Positions 55,584-64,000 of a stretch of 64,000 nucleotides of DNA are shown one piece after another. The notes beneath the pieces are model-generated. The model had not been told where the DNA came from. It worked only from the letters and a program-made list of their open reading frames with translations, and did not search any database. Numbering within the stretch: the stretch's first letter is position 1; each line of letters starts with the position of its first letter. Both the position numbers and the translations under genes were made by a program. Source of the DNA: Candidatus Poribacteria bacterium (GTDB taxonomy: Bacteria; Poribacteria; WGA-4E; PCPOR2b); NCBI GenBank assembly GCA_003635265.1, contig PYIZ01000010.1, positions 258,626-322,625 of the forward strand, read 5' to 3'.

Positions 55584-58214
55584 ATGGGTACAAACCTGCT
55601 GACAAAACAATGCTTTCAGTTCATCCCCATTTTCACAAGGGGCTGCCTTTTCTTGTGGATTTCTCTCGTGGCGGGGGCACTTCTCCCACAGATTGTTGAT
55701 GCCCAAAATTATCAAGATTATCAGACCTGGAGTTTACCCCATGGCGCGATTGCTCGCTTGGGAAAAGGGCGCGTTAAGAGTATTGCCTTTTCGCCCGATG
55801 GCTCACGCCTTGCTGTGGTAACCTTTATTGGCGCCTGGCTTTACGATGTGGAGACGGGGCGTGAACGGGCACTACTCACCGGGCATATGGGTGCGTTTGC
55901 GTTTATAGTGTTTTCACCCGACAGTACAAAAATTGCATCAACGGGGGAGGCCGGTAAGACAATCCAACTGTGGGATGTTTCGACCGGACGAAACATCGCT
56001 ACACTCAAAGGGCATACGGGGATAATTAACTCTATTGCATTTTCGCCTGACAGCACCAAAATCGTATCGGGGGCACGGGATGTCATACTCTGGGATACTG
56101 CGACGGGCAAACAGATCGCTGCGCCCATAGAACAGAGGGATTATTCGGTATCGGAGGTAGCGTTTTCACCCGATGGCACAAAAATCGCATCAGGGATAGG
56201 AGGGGAAATTAAGCTGTGGGACGTTGCGGCGGGGGACAACATCGCCACGCTCAAAGGGCATACGCGCCGGATCAATTCGGTGGTGTTTTCGCCCAATGGC
56301 ACAAAAGTCGCGTCAGCGTCAGAGGAAGATATTAAGCTGTGGGACGTAGGGACAGGGGGCAATATCGCCACACTCCAAGAGCCTAACGGACGGATCTACG
56401 CTGTGGTATTTTCACCTGACGGTACTATTCTCGCATCAAGGGCTCATCGGCACGGGTTCGGTCCTAGTGACGAGATAGTTAAGCTGTGGGATGTTTCAAC
56501 TGGTCAACACATCGCTACGCTTGAAGAACATGAAACACGGTCCCTGCCTATGGCATTTTCGCCCGATGGTACAAAACTCGCATGGGGATCATGGGAAGAG
56601 ATCAAACTATGGGATGTAGAAACCAAAAAAAACATTGATACACTACGGGGACATACGTGGATAGTCAGAACTATAGCATTTTCGCCCGATGGTACAAAAC
56701 TCGCATCGGGGTCATGGGATAGACTCCGCGAAGAAGGAGAGATTAAACTGTGGGATGTTGCAAACAGACAAAACATTGCCATACTCCACGGGCATACGAG
56801 GGAAATCCAATCTGTGATGTTTTCACCCAACGGCACAAAACTCGCCTCAAAGTCAGGGGAAGAGGTCAAATTGTGGGAGGTAGGGACAGGGCGAAACATT
56901 GACACGCTCCACGGGCATACGGGGGGAGTCCAATCTGTCGTGTTTTCGCCCGACGGCACAAAACTCGCATCGGAGGCTTATGATGAAGAGATTAAACTGT
57001 GGGACGTAGGGACAGGATACAACATCGCCACGTTAGAAGGATATACGAGACCAGCGTTTTCGCCTGACAGCACAAAAATCGCATCGTGGGGAGAGTTAGG
57101 GGTGAACCTGTGGGAGGTGGAGACAGGACGAAATATCGCCACGTTACAGGCGCATACGGATGGTGGGGCTGTTGTAGTGTTTTCGCCCGATGGTGCCCTC
57201 CTCGCATCGGGGTCTTATGATACAAGAGTTAAACTGTGGGATGTAGAGACAGGACGAAATATCACTACCCTACCTGTTACGGGGCGGGTCACTTCTGTGG
57301 CATTTTCGCCTGATGGCACAATAGTCGCTTCAGGGGCAAGCAACTCCAGCAGGGAAGGGGAACTCAAGCTGTGGGACGTAGAGACAGGACAAAACATCGC
57401 TGCGCTAGACAAGTTTCCGAATGCGGTCTATTCTGTGGCATTTTCGCCCGACGGCACCATCATTGCGTCGGGGTCTGATGATGAAGTAGTTGAACTATGG
57501 GAGGTAGAAACAGGACGCCACATCAAAACACTAAGAGAAAATGGGGATGAGGTTAGGGTTGTGGCGTTTTCGCCCGATGGTACGAAAATCGTATCATTAT
57601 CATTGCAAGCGGTCAAACTATGGGAGGTTTCGACCGGCCAAGATATCGTCACCCTAAAGAATCAGTGGACAGATCATGTCGCATTTTCGCCCGACAGCAC
57701 CATACTCGCATTGGGATCCAGGTTAGCGGTGAACCTGTTGGATGTAGAGACGGGACGAATCATCGCCACACTGCCCGGGCACGGGGGATTTGTCAACGAC
57801 GTAGCGTTTTCACCAAATGGCACAAAACTCGCATCGGGAGCGGGGGATGGAACAATTCTGCTGTGGGATATGTCGCCGTACCTCACACCTGTCCCATTGC
57901 CTTTTCAACGGCCGAACGTGACAGAAACGGCACTATTGCAAAACTATCCTAACCCGTTCAACCCGGAAACTTGGATTCCTTACCAACTCGCCAACGACAC
58001 CGATGTGCAGATTGCAATCTACGATACCAAAGGCACATTAGTGCGTCGATTAGATCTGGGGCATCAGAAGGCGGGCTTCTACACCTATCAGACAAAGGCA
58101 GCGTATTGGGACGGATGGAACGAAATTGGGGAATCGGTTGCAGCTGGAGTGTATTTCTACACGCTGACGACCGATGACTATACCGCAACTCGTAAGATGG
58201 TTATTCTCAGGTAA
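55584..58214 (+). CDS. secreted WD40 repeat protein (about 17 blades) with T9SS-type/FlgD-Ig-like C-terminal sorting domain
   Basis: Signal peptide ending VDAQ. There are 17 recurrences of (V/I)AFSP(D/N)G(T/S)K(I/L)AS...(I/V)KLWDV. The C-terminal NYPNPFNPETWIPYQL...IYDTKGTLVRRL...GVYFYTLTTDDYTATRKMVILR is typical of Por-secretion CTDs. Confidence 0.9.
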   Translation: MGTNLLTKQCFQFIPIFTRGCLFLWISLVAGALLPQIVDAQNYQDYQTWSLPHGAIARLGKGRVKSIAFSPDGSRLAVVTFIGAWLYDVETGRERALLTGHMGAFAFIVFSPDSTKIASTGEAGKTIQLWDVSTGRNIATLKGHTGIINSIAFSPDSTKIVSGARDVILWDTATGKQIAAPIEQRDYSVSEVAFSPDGTKIASGIGGEIKLWDVAAGDNIATLKGHTRRINSVVFSPNGTKVASASEEDIKLWDVGTGGNIATLQEPNGRIYAVVFSPDGTILASRAHRHGFGPSDEIVKLWDVSTGQHIATLEEHETRSLPMAFSPDGTKLAWGSWEEIKLWDVETKKNIDTLRGHTWIVRTIAFSPDGTKLASGSWDRLREEGEIKLWDVANRQNIAILHGHTREIQSVMFSPNGTKLASKSGEEVKLWEVGTGRNIDTLHGHTGGVQSVVFSPDGTKLASEAYDEEIKLWDVGTGYNIATLEGYTRPAFSPDSTKIASWGELGVNLWEVETGRNIATLQAHTDGGAVVVFSPDGALLASGSYDTRVKLWDVETGRNITTLPVTGRVTSVAFSPDGTIVASGASNSSREGELKLWDVETGQNIAALDKFPNAVYSVAFSPDGTIIASGSDDEVVELWEVETGRHIKTLRENGDEVRVVAFSPDGTKIVSLSLQAVKLWEVSTGQDIVTLKNQWTDHVAFSPDSTILALGSRLAVNLLDVETGRIIATLPGHGGFVNDVAFSPNGTKLASGAGDGTILLWDMSPYLTPVPLPFQRPNVTETALLQNYPNPFNPETWIPYQLANDTDVQIAIYDTKGTLVRRLDLGHQKAGFYTYQTKAAYWDGWNEIGESVAAGVYFYTLTTDDYTATRKMVILR

Positions 58215-58582
58215 TGGACAAGATCATTCTCAAAGGCATTGGATTTCACGGCTATCACGGCGTTGTAGAAGCAGAGCGTCATATTGGGCAAAAGTATGAA
58301 ATAGATCTTGAGTTGACAACTGATCTCTCTGCCGCCGGCACAAGCGATGACCTCACTCACACAATCGACTACGCCCAAGTTGTCCAGTTGGCAATCAAAA
58401 TTGGAACCCAGCAGTCCTTCCGACTCTTTGAAGCCCTCGCCGAAGCGATTGCGGCGGCAATCCTCGATCAATTCCAAATCGAAGAAGTTCGCATTGCGGT
58501 CAAAAAATTATCTCCTCCCATCGAGCCAACACTCAGCTACGCAGGCGTTGAGATCCATAGGAAGCGAAAATCAGATGGATAA
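58214..58582 (+). CDS. folB: dihydroneopterin aldolase
   Basis: 122 aa. GFHGYHGVVEAERHIGQKYEIDLEL...DDLTHTIDYAQV is typical FolB. The ATG overlaps the WD40 stop (TAATG). Confidence 0.85.
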   Translation: MDKIILKGIGFHGYHGVVEAERHIGQKYEIDLELTTDLSAAGTSDDLTHTIDYAQVVQLAIKIGTQQSFRLFEALAEAIAAAILDQFQIEEVRIAVKKLSPPIEPTLSYAGVEIHRKRKSDG

Positions 58583-59822
58583 ACCAACGCCTGTTTTTCA
58601 TGCCATAATTTTCTTGTGCTTCCTTCTGATCACCAGTCGAACCGTCATAGCAAGCGATGCGGCTTCCTCGCCACTGAATCCCAATTCAACGCGCACAGAT
58701 ATGTTCGACGATTTGCATCCGGGCCTCCAAGTCTATCGGTACGACTGGCATGAGGAAGGGTGTGTCCTTTATGTGGCCGAAATGGACCGTTTTCACACGG
58801 ACCTCCATTTTGAAACGGCAATTGCCAACAACCAGATCTTAGGCAAGGAAACCGTCAGATCTATCGCAGATCGACGTTCGCAGCGCGGAGACCGCCGTGT
58901 CTTAGTTGCCATCAACGGTGGATTTGGTGTTCTCGGTGATATGAAAGGATACGGCGGCGCGTTAGAAAATCTACACATCCAAGCCGGGGAGTTGATGACC
59001 CAGCCTGCGTCGGATAAAGAGGCGTGTTTCGGTGTGACGTCGGACGGTGACTTTCTGATTGGTCCCCTTGAAATGCAAGCCACCGTAACGGTGGGAACAT
59101 ATAGTGTCCCGCTTGGGTGCATCAACCAGAGATTTCTCGATGGTTGCGAATCTATCCTCTATACGCCCCGCATGGGCGACTCGACACACACGAACCGTAG
59201 GCGGGCTTATGAAATTATTCTGACCGGACTCCAGTTACCAATCACAGGCAAATACCAAAGCGACTTCATCGTTGATCAGTTTGGAAAAGGTGGAAACAAC
59301 CCAATCCCTGAAAACGGTGCGGTCATTTCCTTCCGCTCACGAATTGATCAACAGTTGGAAGCACAGTTAGACGCGGGCAAGGGTGGCAAGATCGAAATAC
59401 GGCTCGAACCAGCTGTCTGGAATCGTACAATTCAAGCAATCGGCGGTCGAATCCGACTTGTGAAAAATGGGCGAGTCAACGAAATCATCGAAAAACATCA
59501 CCGTGCTCAGAAAAAGCATACGCCTGGCAAGCGACAGCGCGACTTGGCACTGAGCTATGAACCCCGCACTGCTCTCGGTTACAACGCACAGAAATTGATC
59601 TTAATTGTGGCAGACGGACGACGGGCGGGTTATAGTACGGGGTTATCCCTATATCGGCTCGCAAGCCTCCTTATTGAACTCGGCGCCACAGAAGCCATCA
59701 ATTTGGATGGAGGATCATCAAGCACTTTCGTTGTCGATGGAAAAGTTGTCAATCGTCCCTCCGGCCAGAGTGAACGTGATGTCCTCAATGCCGTTCTTAT
59801 CACGGCGGATCAATCCCAATAA
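58575..59822 (+). CDS. phosphodiester glycosidase family protein (DUF2233/NAGPA-like), secreted
   Basis: The start was trimmed to MDKPTPVFHAIIFLCFLLITS (signal). The C-terminal AINLDGGSSSTFVVDGKVVNRPS is the family hallmark. Confidence 0.7.
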   Translation: MDKPTPVFHAIIFLCFLLITSRTVIASDAASSPLNPNSTRTDMFDDLHPGLQVYRYDWHEEGCVLYVAEMDRFHTDLHFETAIANNQILGKETVRSIADRRSQRGDRRVLVAINGGFGVLGDMKGYGGALENLHIQAGELMTQPASDKEACFGVTSDGDFLIGPLEMQATVTVGTYSVPLGCINQRFLDGCESILYTPRMGDSTHTNRRRAYEIILTGLQLPITGKYQSDFIVDQFGKGGNNPIPENGAVISFRSRIDQQLEAQLDAGKGGKIEIRLEPAVWNRTIQAIGGRIRLVKNGRVNEIIEKHHRAQKKHTPGKRQRDLALSYEPRTALGYNAQKLILIVADGRRAGYSTGLSLYRLASLLIELGATEAINLDGGSSSTFVVDGKVVNRPSGQSERDVLNAVLITADQSQ

Positions 59823-60013
59823 CATCGGTAGCTCACCCTGCACAACGTATTCCATCCAGTTCGCCAACGAAAGTTTTTCATAGCCTTCCACTGTAATCTG
59901 TGATAAAATCCCATCACACAGAAAAGGAACACAGCACACTGTGCTAAAGAAATGTGTCTGTATCCGGTCTTCAATAAACCATAATTACTAATCAAAACAC
60001 TAGGAGACACAAA

Positions 60014-60409
60014 ATGTCAGAGCGAGTCGAACTAAATCCGCCATGGCCCTGGGCGAGCCAATTCCGGATTGCCCAAGGGGTACAGGTGGGAAATACCGTA
60101 TATGTATCAGGACAGGTCGCCTTCGATCCAGAGGGCAATCTCGTCGGCGGGGACGACATGGGCGCACAGGCGCGACAAGTTTTCGCTAATATTCAAGCGG
60201 TCCTCGCTGAAGCAGGTGCAACCATGGAGGACGTGGTAAAGATTACAGCGTTTCTGACCGATATGAGCCGGTATGCAGAATACGCAGCCGCGCGTACTGA
60301 GGCATTCCCGAACAATATACCCGCTAGCGCGACAGTTGCCACACCGATACTAGTCAACAGCGATCTGCTTGTCGAGGTCGAAGCGATCGCCGAGATTGGC
60401 TGTGGTTAG
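60014..60409 (+). CDS. RidA/YjgF-family reactive intermediate deaminase
   Basis: 131 aa. VYVSGQVAFDPEGNLVGGD...DVVKITAFLTDM...PASATVATP...VEVEAIA. Confidence 0.85.
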   Translation: MSERVELNPPWPWASQFRIAQGVQVGNTVYVSGQVAFDPEGNLVGGDDMGAQARQVFANIQAVLAEAGATMEDVVKITAFLTDMSRYAEYAAARTEAFPNNIPASATVATPILVNSDLLVEVEAIAEIGCG

Positions 60410-60550
60410 GGAATGCAGTGCATTAGGTTCGTAAATGTCCCACCATGGAATTGTTGTATCATTAACATCAAAGCGGTATAGCACATCTGTCGAGGCAAAA
60501 GCAGTGATTCATTGATTTCCCATCTATTGACGAAGCGAAGCGATAGCCCA

Positions 60551-62488
60551 ATGAAAGACACATCTATCACCTTCCATAGAGGCTTAACGCTCAAGTCTTG
60601 TCTGATTGCTCTATTGCTCATGCCAATCACTGCGTATTGGCTTATCGAACTCGAAGTTGTTCGCTATACCTTTCCAACAATTATCCACCCGTTTTCAAAT
60701 GTCATCTTTGTCATTTTTTGGCTCCTGCTGATTCGGCATATACTTGTAAAAATTTCTCCGGCACTTGGGCTCTCTCAGCAGGAACTTCTCACTATCTATG
60801 TCATGCTGGGGTTCGTTTCCTGCCTCTGTTCGTATGACATGATGGAGATCTTGGTCCCAATCTTGGGACACCCGTTTCGCTTCGCTACCCCCGAAAACGG
60901 CTGGCGAGAACTGCTCTTCAAACATCTTCCCGAATGGCTTACCGTGCGGGACGACAAAGCCCTAACACCGTTCTACAAAGGAGGTACAACTCTCTACGAA
61001 GAGGGGTATTTTAAGGCATGGCTGATCCCCGGCGTTGCTTGGATCGCATTCCTATTTGCACTGATGGTTGTGATGTTGGGACTCACGACCCTGTTGCGGA
61101 AGCAGTGGACGGAGCACGAACGATTGACATATCCACTGATCCAACTTCCGCTAGAGATGACCAATCCCAGATCTAGCTTCTTCAAAAACAGACTAATGTG
61201 GCTTGGCTTCGGCATCGCTGCCTTAATCAGTGTCGAAAACCTGCTCAATTCAATCTATCCCGCATTCCCCTACATTCCCGTCAAACGTCAGAACATCCAT
61301 CAGTTTTTCACGGAGCGGCCTTGGAACGCGATGGGCAGCGTAAGGCTCTCTTTCTACCCTTTTGTCATTGGCATCAGTTTTCTTATGCCACTGGATCTCC
61401 TGCTTTCATGCTGGGTGTTTTACTGGGTTTACAAAGTTGAGTTGATGGTCGGGAACATCATGGGTTGGCAGGGGCTGCCGCGATTTCCATATATCGCTGA
61501 ACAGAGTTTCGGTGTATACATTGGACTATTTGCAGTCGCGCTATGGACCGGTCGGGCGCATTTCACAAGGTTGGGACGCCATCTGTTCGGCAGTGCCAGA
61601 TCCGCGTCCCAACTGGATGACTCCCAAGAACCGATACGGTATCGTATGGCATTTGTCTGTGTGGTCCTTGGTATGATATTTTTGACAATCTTTTCCTACA
61701 AGGCAGGTATGCCCCTATGGGTGATTCCGCTGTTTTTTGGAATTTACTTCTTACTAGGGACGATGATTGCGCGGCTGCGTGCGGAAATGGGATTCTTGTG
61801 CCACGATTTTCAGAACGGTGTTGATCCGCATCACATGATTATCGACGCCTTTGGAACACGCCGGCTGGGTGCCGGTGCGCTGACCGTTTTTACGTTGTAC
61901 ATGCACGTCACTTTCGCAAACCGAACCAACCTTATGCCGCAGCAACTGGAAGCCTTCAAGATTTCAGAACGGCGAAATATTAACCCCCGCCATGTCGTCA
62001 TCGCTATCGTGCTTGCAACACTCATTGGGGCAATCGCAACGTACTGGCTCTTGTTGGACAACTACTATCGACACGGCGCCGAGTCGGGATACTACATGGG
62101 ACCAACCACAGGACGGGGCTGGATTTATCACCGACTTGAAAGCTGGCTGAACTCCCCTCAAGAGCGAGATGAGCCCGCGCTTGCCTTCATGGGCGGCGGA
62201 CTCGGTATAGCAGTGGTATTGATGTTGCTGAGGGGACGTTTCCTGTGGTGGTCGCTCCATCCGCTCGGCTATGCAATGGCGGATAGCTGGGGGATGTACA
62301 ACCTGTGGAGCTGCCTTTTTGTCGCTTGGGCGTGCAAGGTGGTCATCCTGCGCTACGGGGGGCTCAACGGCTATCGACGCGCCATCCCTTGCTTTTTGGG
62401 ATTGGCTCTGGGAGATTATATGTTAAGCAATATCTGGGGAATTTTAAGTATTCTGACCAATACACCTTTATACCAATTTTTCCCCTAG
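60551..62488 (+). CDS. polytopic membrane protein of unknown function
   Basis: About 645 aa with more than 12 hydrophobic segments. I recognise no transporter signature. The start was trimmed to an internal ATG. Confidence 0.55.
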   Translation: MKDTSITFHRGLTLKSCLIALLLMPITAYWLIELEVVRYTFPTIIHPFSNVIFVIFWLLLIRHILVKISPALGLSQQELLTIYVMLGFVSCLCSYDMMEILVPILGHPFRFATPENGWRELLFKHLPEWLTVRDDKALTPFYKGGTTLYEEGYFKAWLIPGVAWIAFLFALMVVMLGLTTLLRKQWTEHERLTYPLIQLPLEMTNPRSSFFKNRLMWLGFGIAALISVENLLNSIYPAFPYIPVKRQNIHQFFTERPWNAMGSVRLSFYPFVIGISFLMPLDLLLSCWVFYWVYKVELMVGNIMGWQGLPRFPYIAEQSFGVYIGLFAVALWTGRAHFTRLGRHLFGSARSASQLDDSQEPIRYRMAFVCVVLGMIFLTIFSYKAGMPLWVIPLFFGIYFLLGTMIARLRAEMGFLCHDFQNGVDPHHMIIDAFGTRRLGAGALTVFTLYMHVTFANRTNLMPQQLEAFKISERRNINPRHVVIAIVLATLIGAIATYWLLLDNYYRHGAESGYYMGPTTGRGWIYHRLESWLNSPQERDEPALAFMGGGLGIAVVLMLLRGRFLWWSLHPLGYAMADSWGMYNLWSCLFVAWACKVVILRYGGLNGYRRAIPCFLGLALGDYMLSNIWGILSILTNTPLYQFFP

Positions 62489-62533
62489 TCCGCTTGTCTA
62501 ACTATCAAATTTACCGTAAGCGAAGGTGTAGCC

Positions 62534-63358
62534 ATGAAGCTAAGTTGTATACCTGTTTCACTCTATGAAGATATCTTTAGCGGTCAGAAATCCGTTAGTG
62601 ATTGGATCCGTTTCGCCGCTTCCCTAGGGCTGGAGGGAGCTGACTTCAGCGTGAAATTCTTCCCGAACCGAGACGAAGATACCCTTAATGCCATCTCTGA
62701 GGAAGGGCAGAAAATTGGTCTTGAGTTTTGTGCATTGGCATGTTATCCTGATTTTACACATCCCGACGCCGATCAACGTGGACTAGAGATCGAACAGATG
62801 AAAGCAGACGTGCACCTGACAGCGACACTTGGTGCCAAATACGCACGCGTGACCGCCGGACAGAACCACCCCGGCACCGATCGGACGCAGGGAATCCGAT
62901 GGGCAGTGGATGGGCTTCGCCAAGTCCTTGACGAAGCAGATCGATTGGGAATAACCTTAGTCTACGAAAATCACACCAAAGGCGCGCCTTGGCACTATTG
63001 GGACTTTTCACAACCTAGCGATATTTTCTTGGAAATTCTCAACAGTCTAGCGGATACTCCCCTTAAAGTCTGCTTTGACACCGCAAATTCTCTGGTACTC
63101 CAAGAAGATCCGATAGCGTTGCTAGAAACCGTGATAGACCGAGTGGCAGTCGTTCATGTATTTGATATCCGCACCCCGGGCGAATTCGAGACCGTCCTTG
63201 TTGGCACCGGAGCGTCTCCTATAAAACAGATTTTCTCCATTCTGAAACGACACGGCTACGATGGCTGGTTGAGTATCGAGGAGGCGAGCCGTACAGGAGA
63301 AGCAGGATTTGAAGAAGCTGTCCCCTTCGTTCGTCGTGCATGGGAGGAGGCTTCTTGA
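62534..63358 (+). CDS. sugar phosphate isomerase/epimerase (xylose isomerase-like TIM barrel)
   Basis: 274 aa with LVYENH, CFDTAN and HVFD ligand-like motifs. Confidence 0.7.
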   Translation: MKLSCIPVSLYEDIFSGQKSVSDWIRFAASLGLEGADFSVKFFPNRDEDTLNAISEEGQKIGLEFCALACYPDFTHPDADQRGLEIEQMKADVHLTATLGAKYARVTAGQNHPGTDRTQGIRWAVDGLRQVLDEADRLGITLVYENHTKGAPWHYWDFSQPSDIFLEILNSLADTPLKVCFDTANSLVLQEDPIALLETVIDRVAVVHVFDIRTPGEFETVLVGTGASPIKQIFSILKRHGYDGWLSIEEASRTGEAGFEEAVPFVRRAWEEAS

Positions 63359-63364
63359 TATAAA

Positions 63365-64000
63365 ATGAACATCATCTGCATTTGCTTAGATACATTTCGG
63401 GCCGACATCATCGGACCCGGCAAAAAGTACAGCCACACACAAACACCAAACCTAGATGCGTTCGCAGCCGAAAGTATTCGCTTTAACTGGGCATTCGGCG
63501 AAGGTCAACCTACCCTTCAGATACGTCGTGGACTGTTTACCGGCATGAGAAGTTTCCCATGGCGGTTCAATTTTGACCGCCGGGGACACTGGCACCACGC
63601 ACCCGGCTGGCATAAAATCCCACCAGAGCAAGATACAATCGCTGAAGTCCTGCTGGAACGAGGCTATCTGACAGCCTTAATTGCTGATACCTATCACATG
63701 TTCAAACCCACAATGAATTTTTCGCGCGGGTTTGCTCACTTGGATTTCGTCCGTGGACAGGAATCGGACAACTGGCGAAGCGGAGATCCGCGGCTGATTG
63801 AAGATCAACTCAGACAGCATGTCAGAGAACCGATTAACTGGCAGCGTCATGCAGGTTTGGTCAATTACCTTCTCAATCAACGGCATCGTCGTGCCGAAGA
63901 TGATTACAGTTGCGCCCGCGTGTTTCGTGCCGCGTGTGAATGGCTCGACGACAACCACACAGTGGGCTCCTTCTTTCTATGGATAGACAGTTTCGATCCG
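63365..64000 (+). CDS. sulfatase-like (alkaline phosphatase superfamily) hydrolase/transferase, 3' end off-window
   Basis: The frame is open from the ATG at 63365 to the window end, so it is not in the ORF track. ICLDTFRAD...TPNLDAFAAESIRF... fits the sulfatase N-terminal fold. T-L-Q-I-R replaces the C/S-x-P-x-R nucleophile motif. Confidence 0.65.
   Translation, partial: MNIICICLDTFRADIIGPGKKYSHTQTPNLDAFAAESIRFNWAFGEGQPTLQIRRGLFTGMRSFPWRFNFDRRGHWHHAPGWHKIPPEQDTIAEVLLERGYLTALIADTYHMFKPTMNFSRGFAHLDFVRGQESDNWRSGDPRLIEDQLRQHVREPINWQRHAGLVNYLLNQRHRRAEDDYSCARVFRAACEWLDDNHTVGSFFLWIDSFDP

Noticed and set aside
55841-58188. Numerous 65-150-aa ORFs antisense to, or out of frame with, the WD40 gene (for example 56504-56959 minus).
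   Set aside because: They mirror the periodic WD40 repeat and have low-complexity S/P/V-rich translations. Their open frames are an artefact of the repeated coding sequence on the other strand.
55584-58214. Regular ~126-135-nt periodicity that could superficially suggest a CRISPR-like or satellite array.
   Set aside because: The period lies within one long intact ORF encoding WD40 blades. No short direct repeats with unique spacers are present, and no CRISPR array was seen anywhere in the window.
1-64000. Integrase, transposase or recombinase genes that would explain the cassette insertions, and any rRNA genes.
   Set aside because: No ORF in the window has a recognisable tyrosine or serine recombinase or DDE transposase motif. 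No mobile_element feature was therefore called, and the insertion mechanism remains unassigned.

Overview
This 64-kb segment comes from an unidentified bacterium. No rRNA or other phylogenetic marker is present, so I make no taxonomic claim. Most of the window is housekeeping genes: hemY with a pentahaem cytochrome, modABC, sat, metK-ahcY, rpsA, thiO-thiS-thiG, leuC, ispE-tRNA(Gln)-L25, amidase, pth, rsgA, argD, a cyclophilin, kamA-like, folB and RidA. Spot counts on single 60-nt lines give about 60% GC for these core genes. Several AT-rich or repeat-bounded accessory insertions interrupt them. (1) A two-gene cassette downstream of modABC encodes a DUF2971 protein and a HEPN-like (RNKAGH) protein; it is my top candidate for an undescribed defence or toxin module. 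(2) A 633-aa protein fuses a tRNA-guanine-transglycosylase-like domain to an archaeosine-synthase-type motif (PC-X3-KPY-X2-S-X2-H) and is followed by a small Cys4 protein. (3) A methyltransferase/endonuclease pair is wedged between thiS and thiG. (4) A decayed antitoxin/PIN cassette is bounded by an ~80-bp duplication of the leuC 3' end. (5) A 17-blade WD40 gene with a T9SS-type C-terminal domain is bounded by a ~66-bp duplication of the folB 5' end. (6) There is a DUF433/DUF5615 toxin-antitoxin pair. (7) Two tandem Rieske-fusion paralogues have no known function. At least four families of short palindromic repeats cluster at these junctions. No CRISPR array, rRNA, integrase or transposase was seen. 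All functional calls rest on motif recognition by eye, not on database searches.
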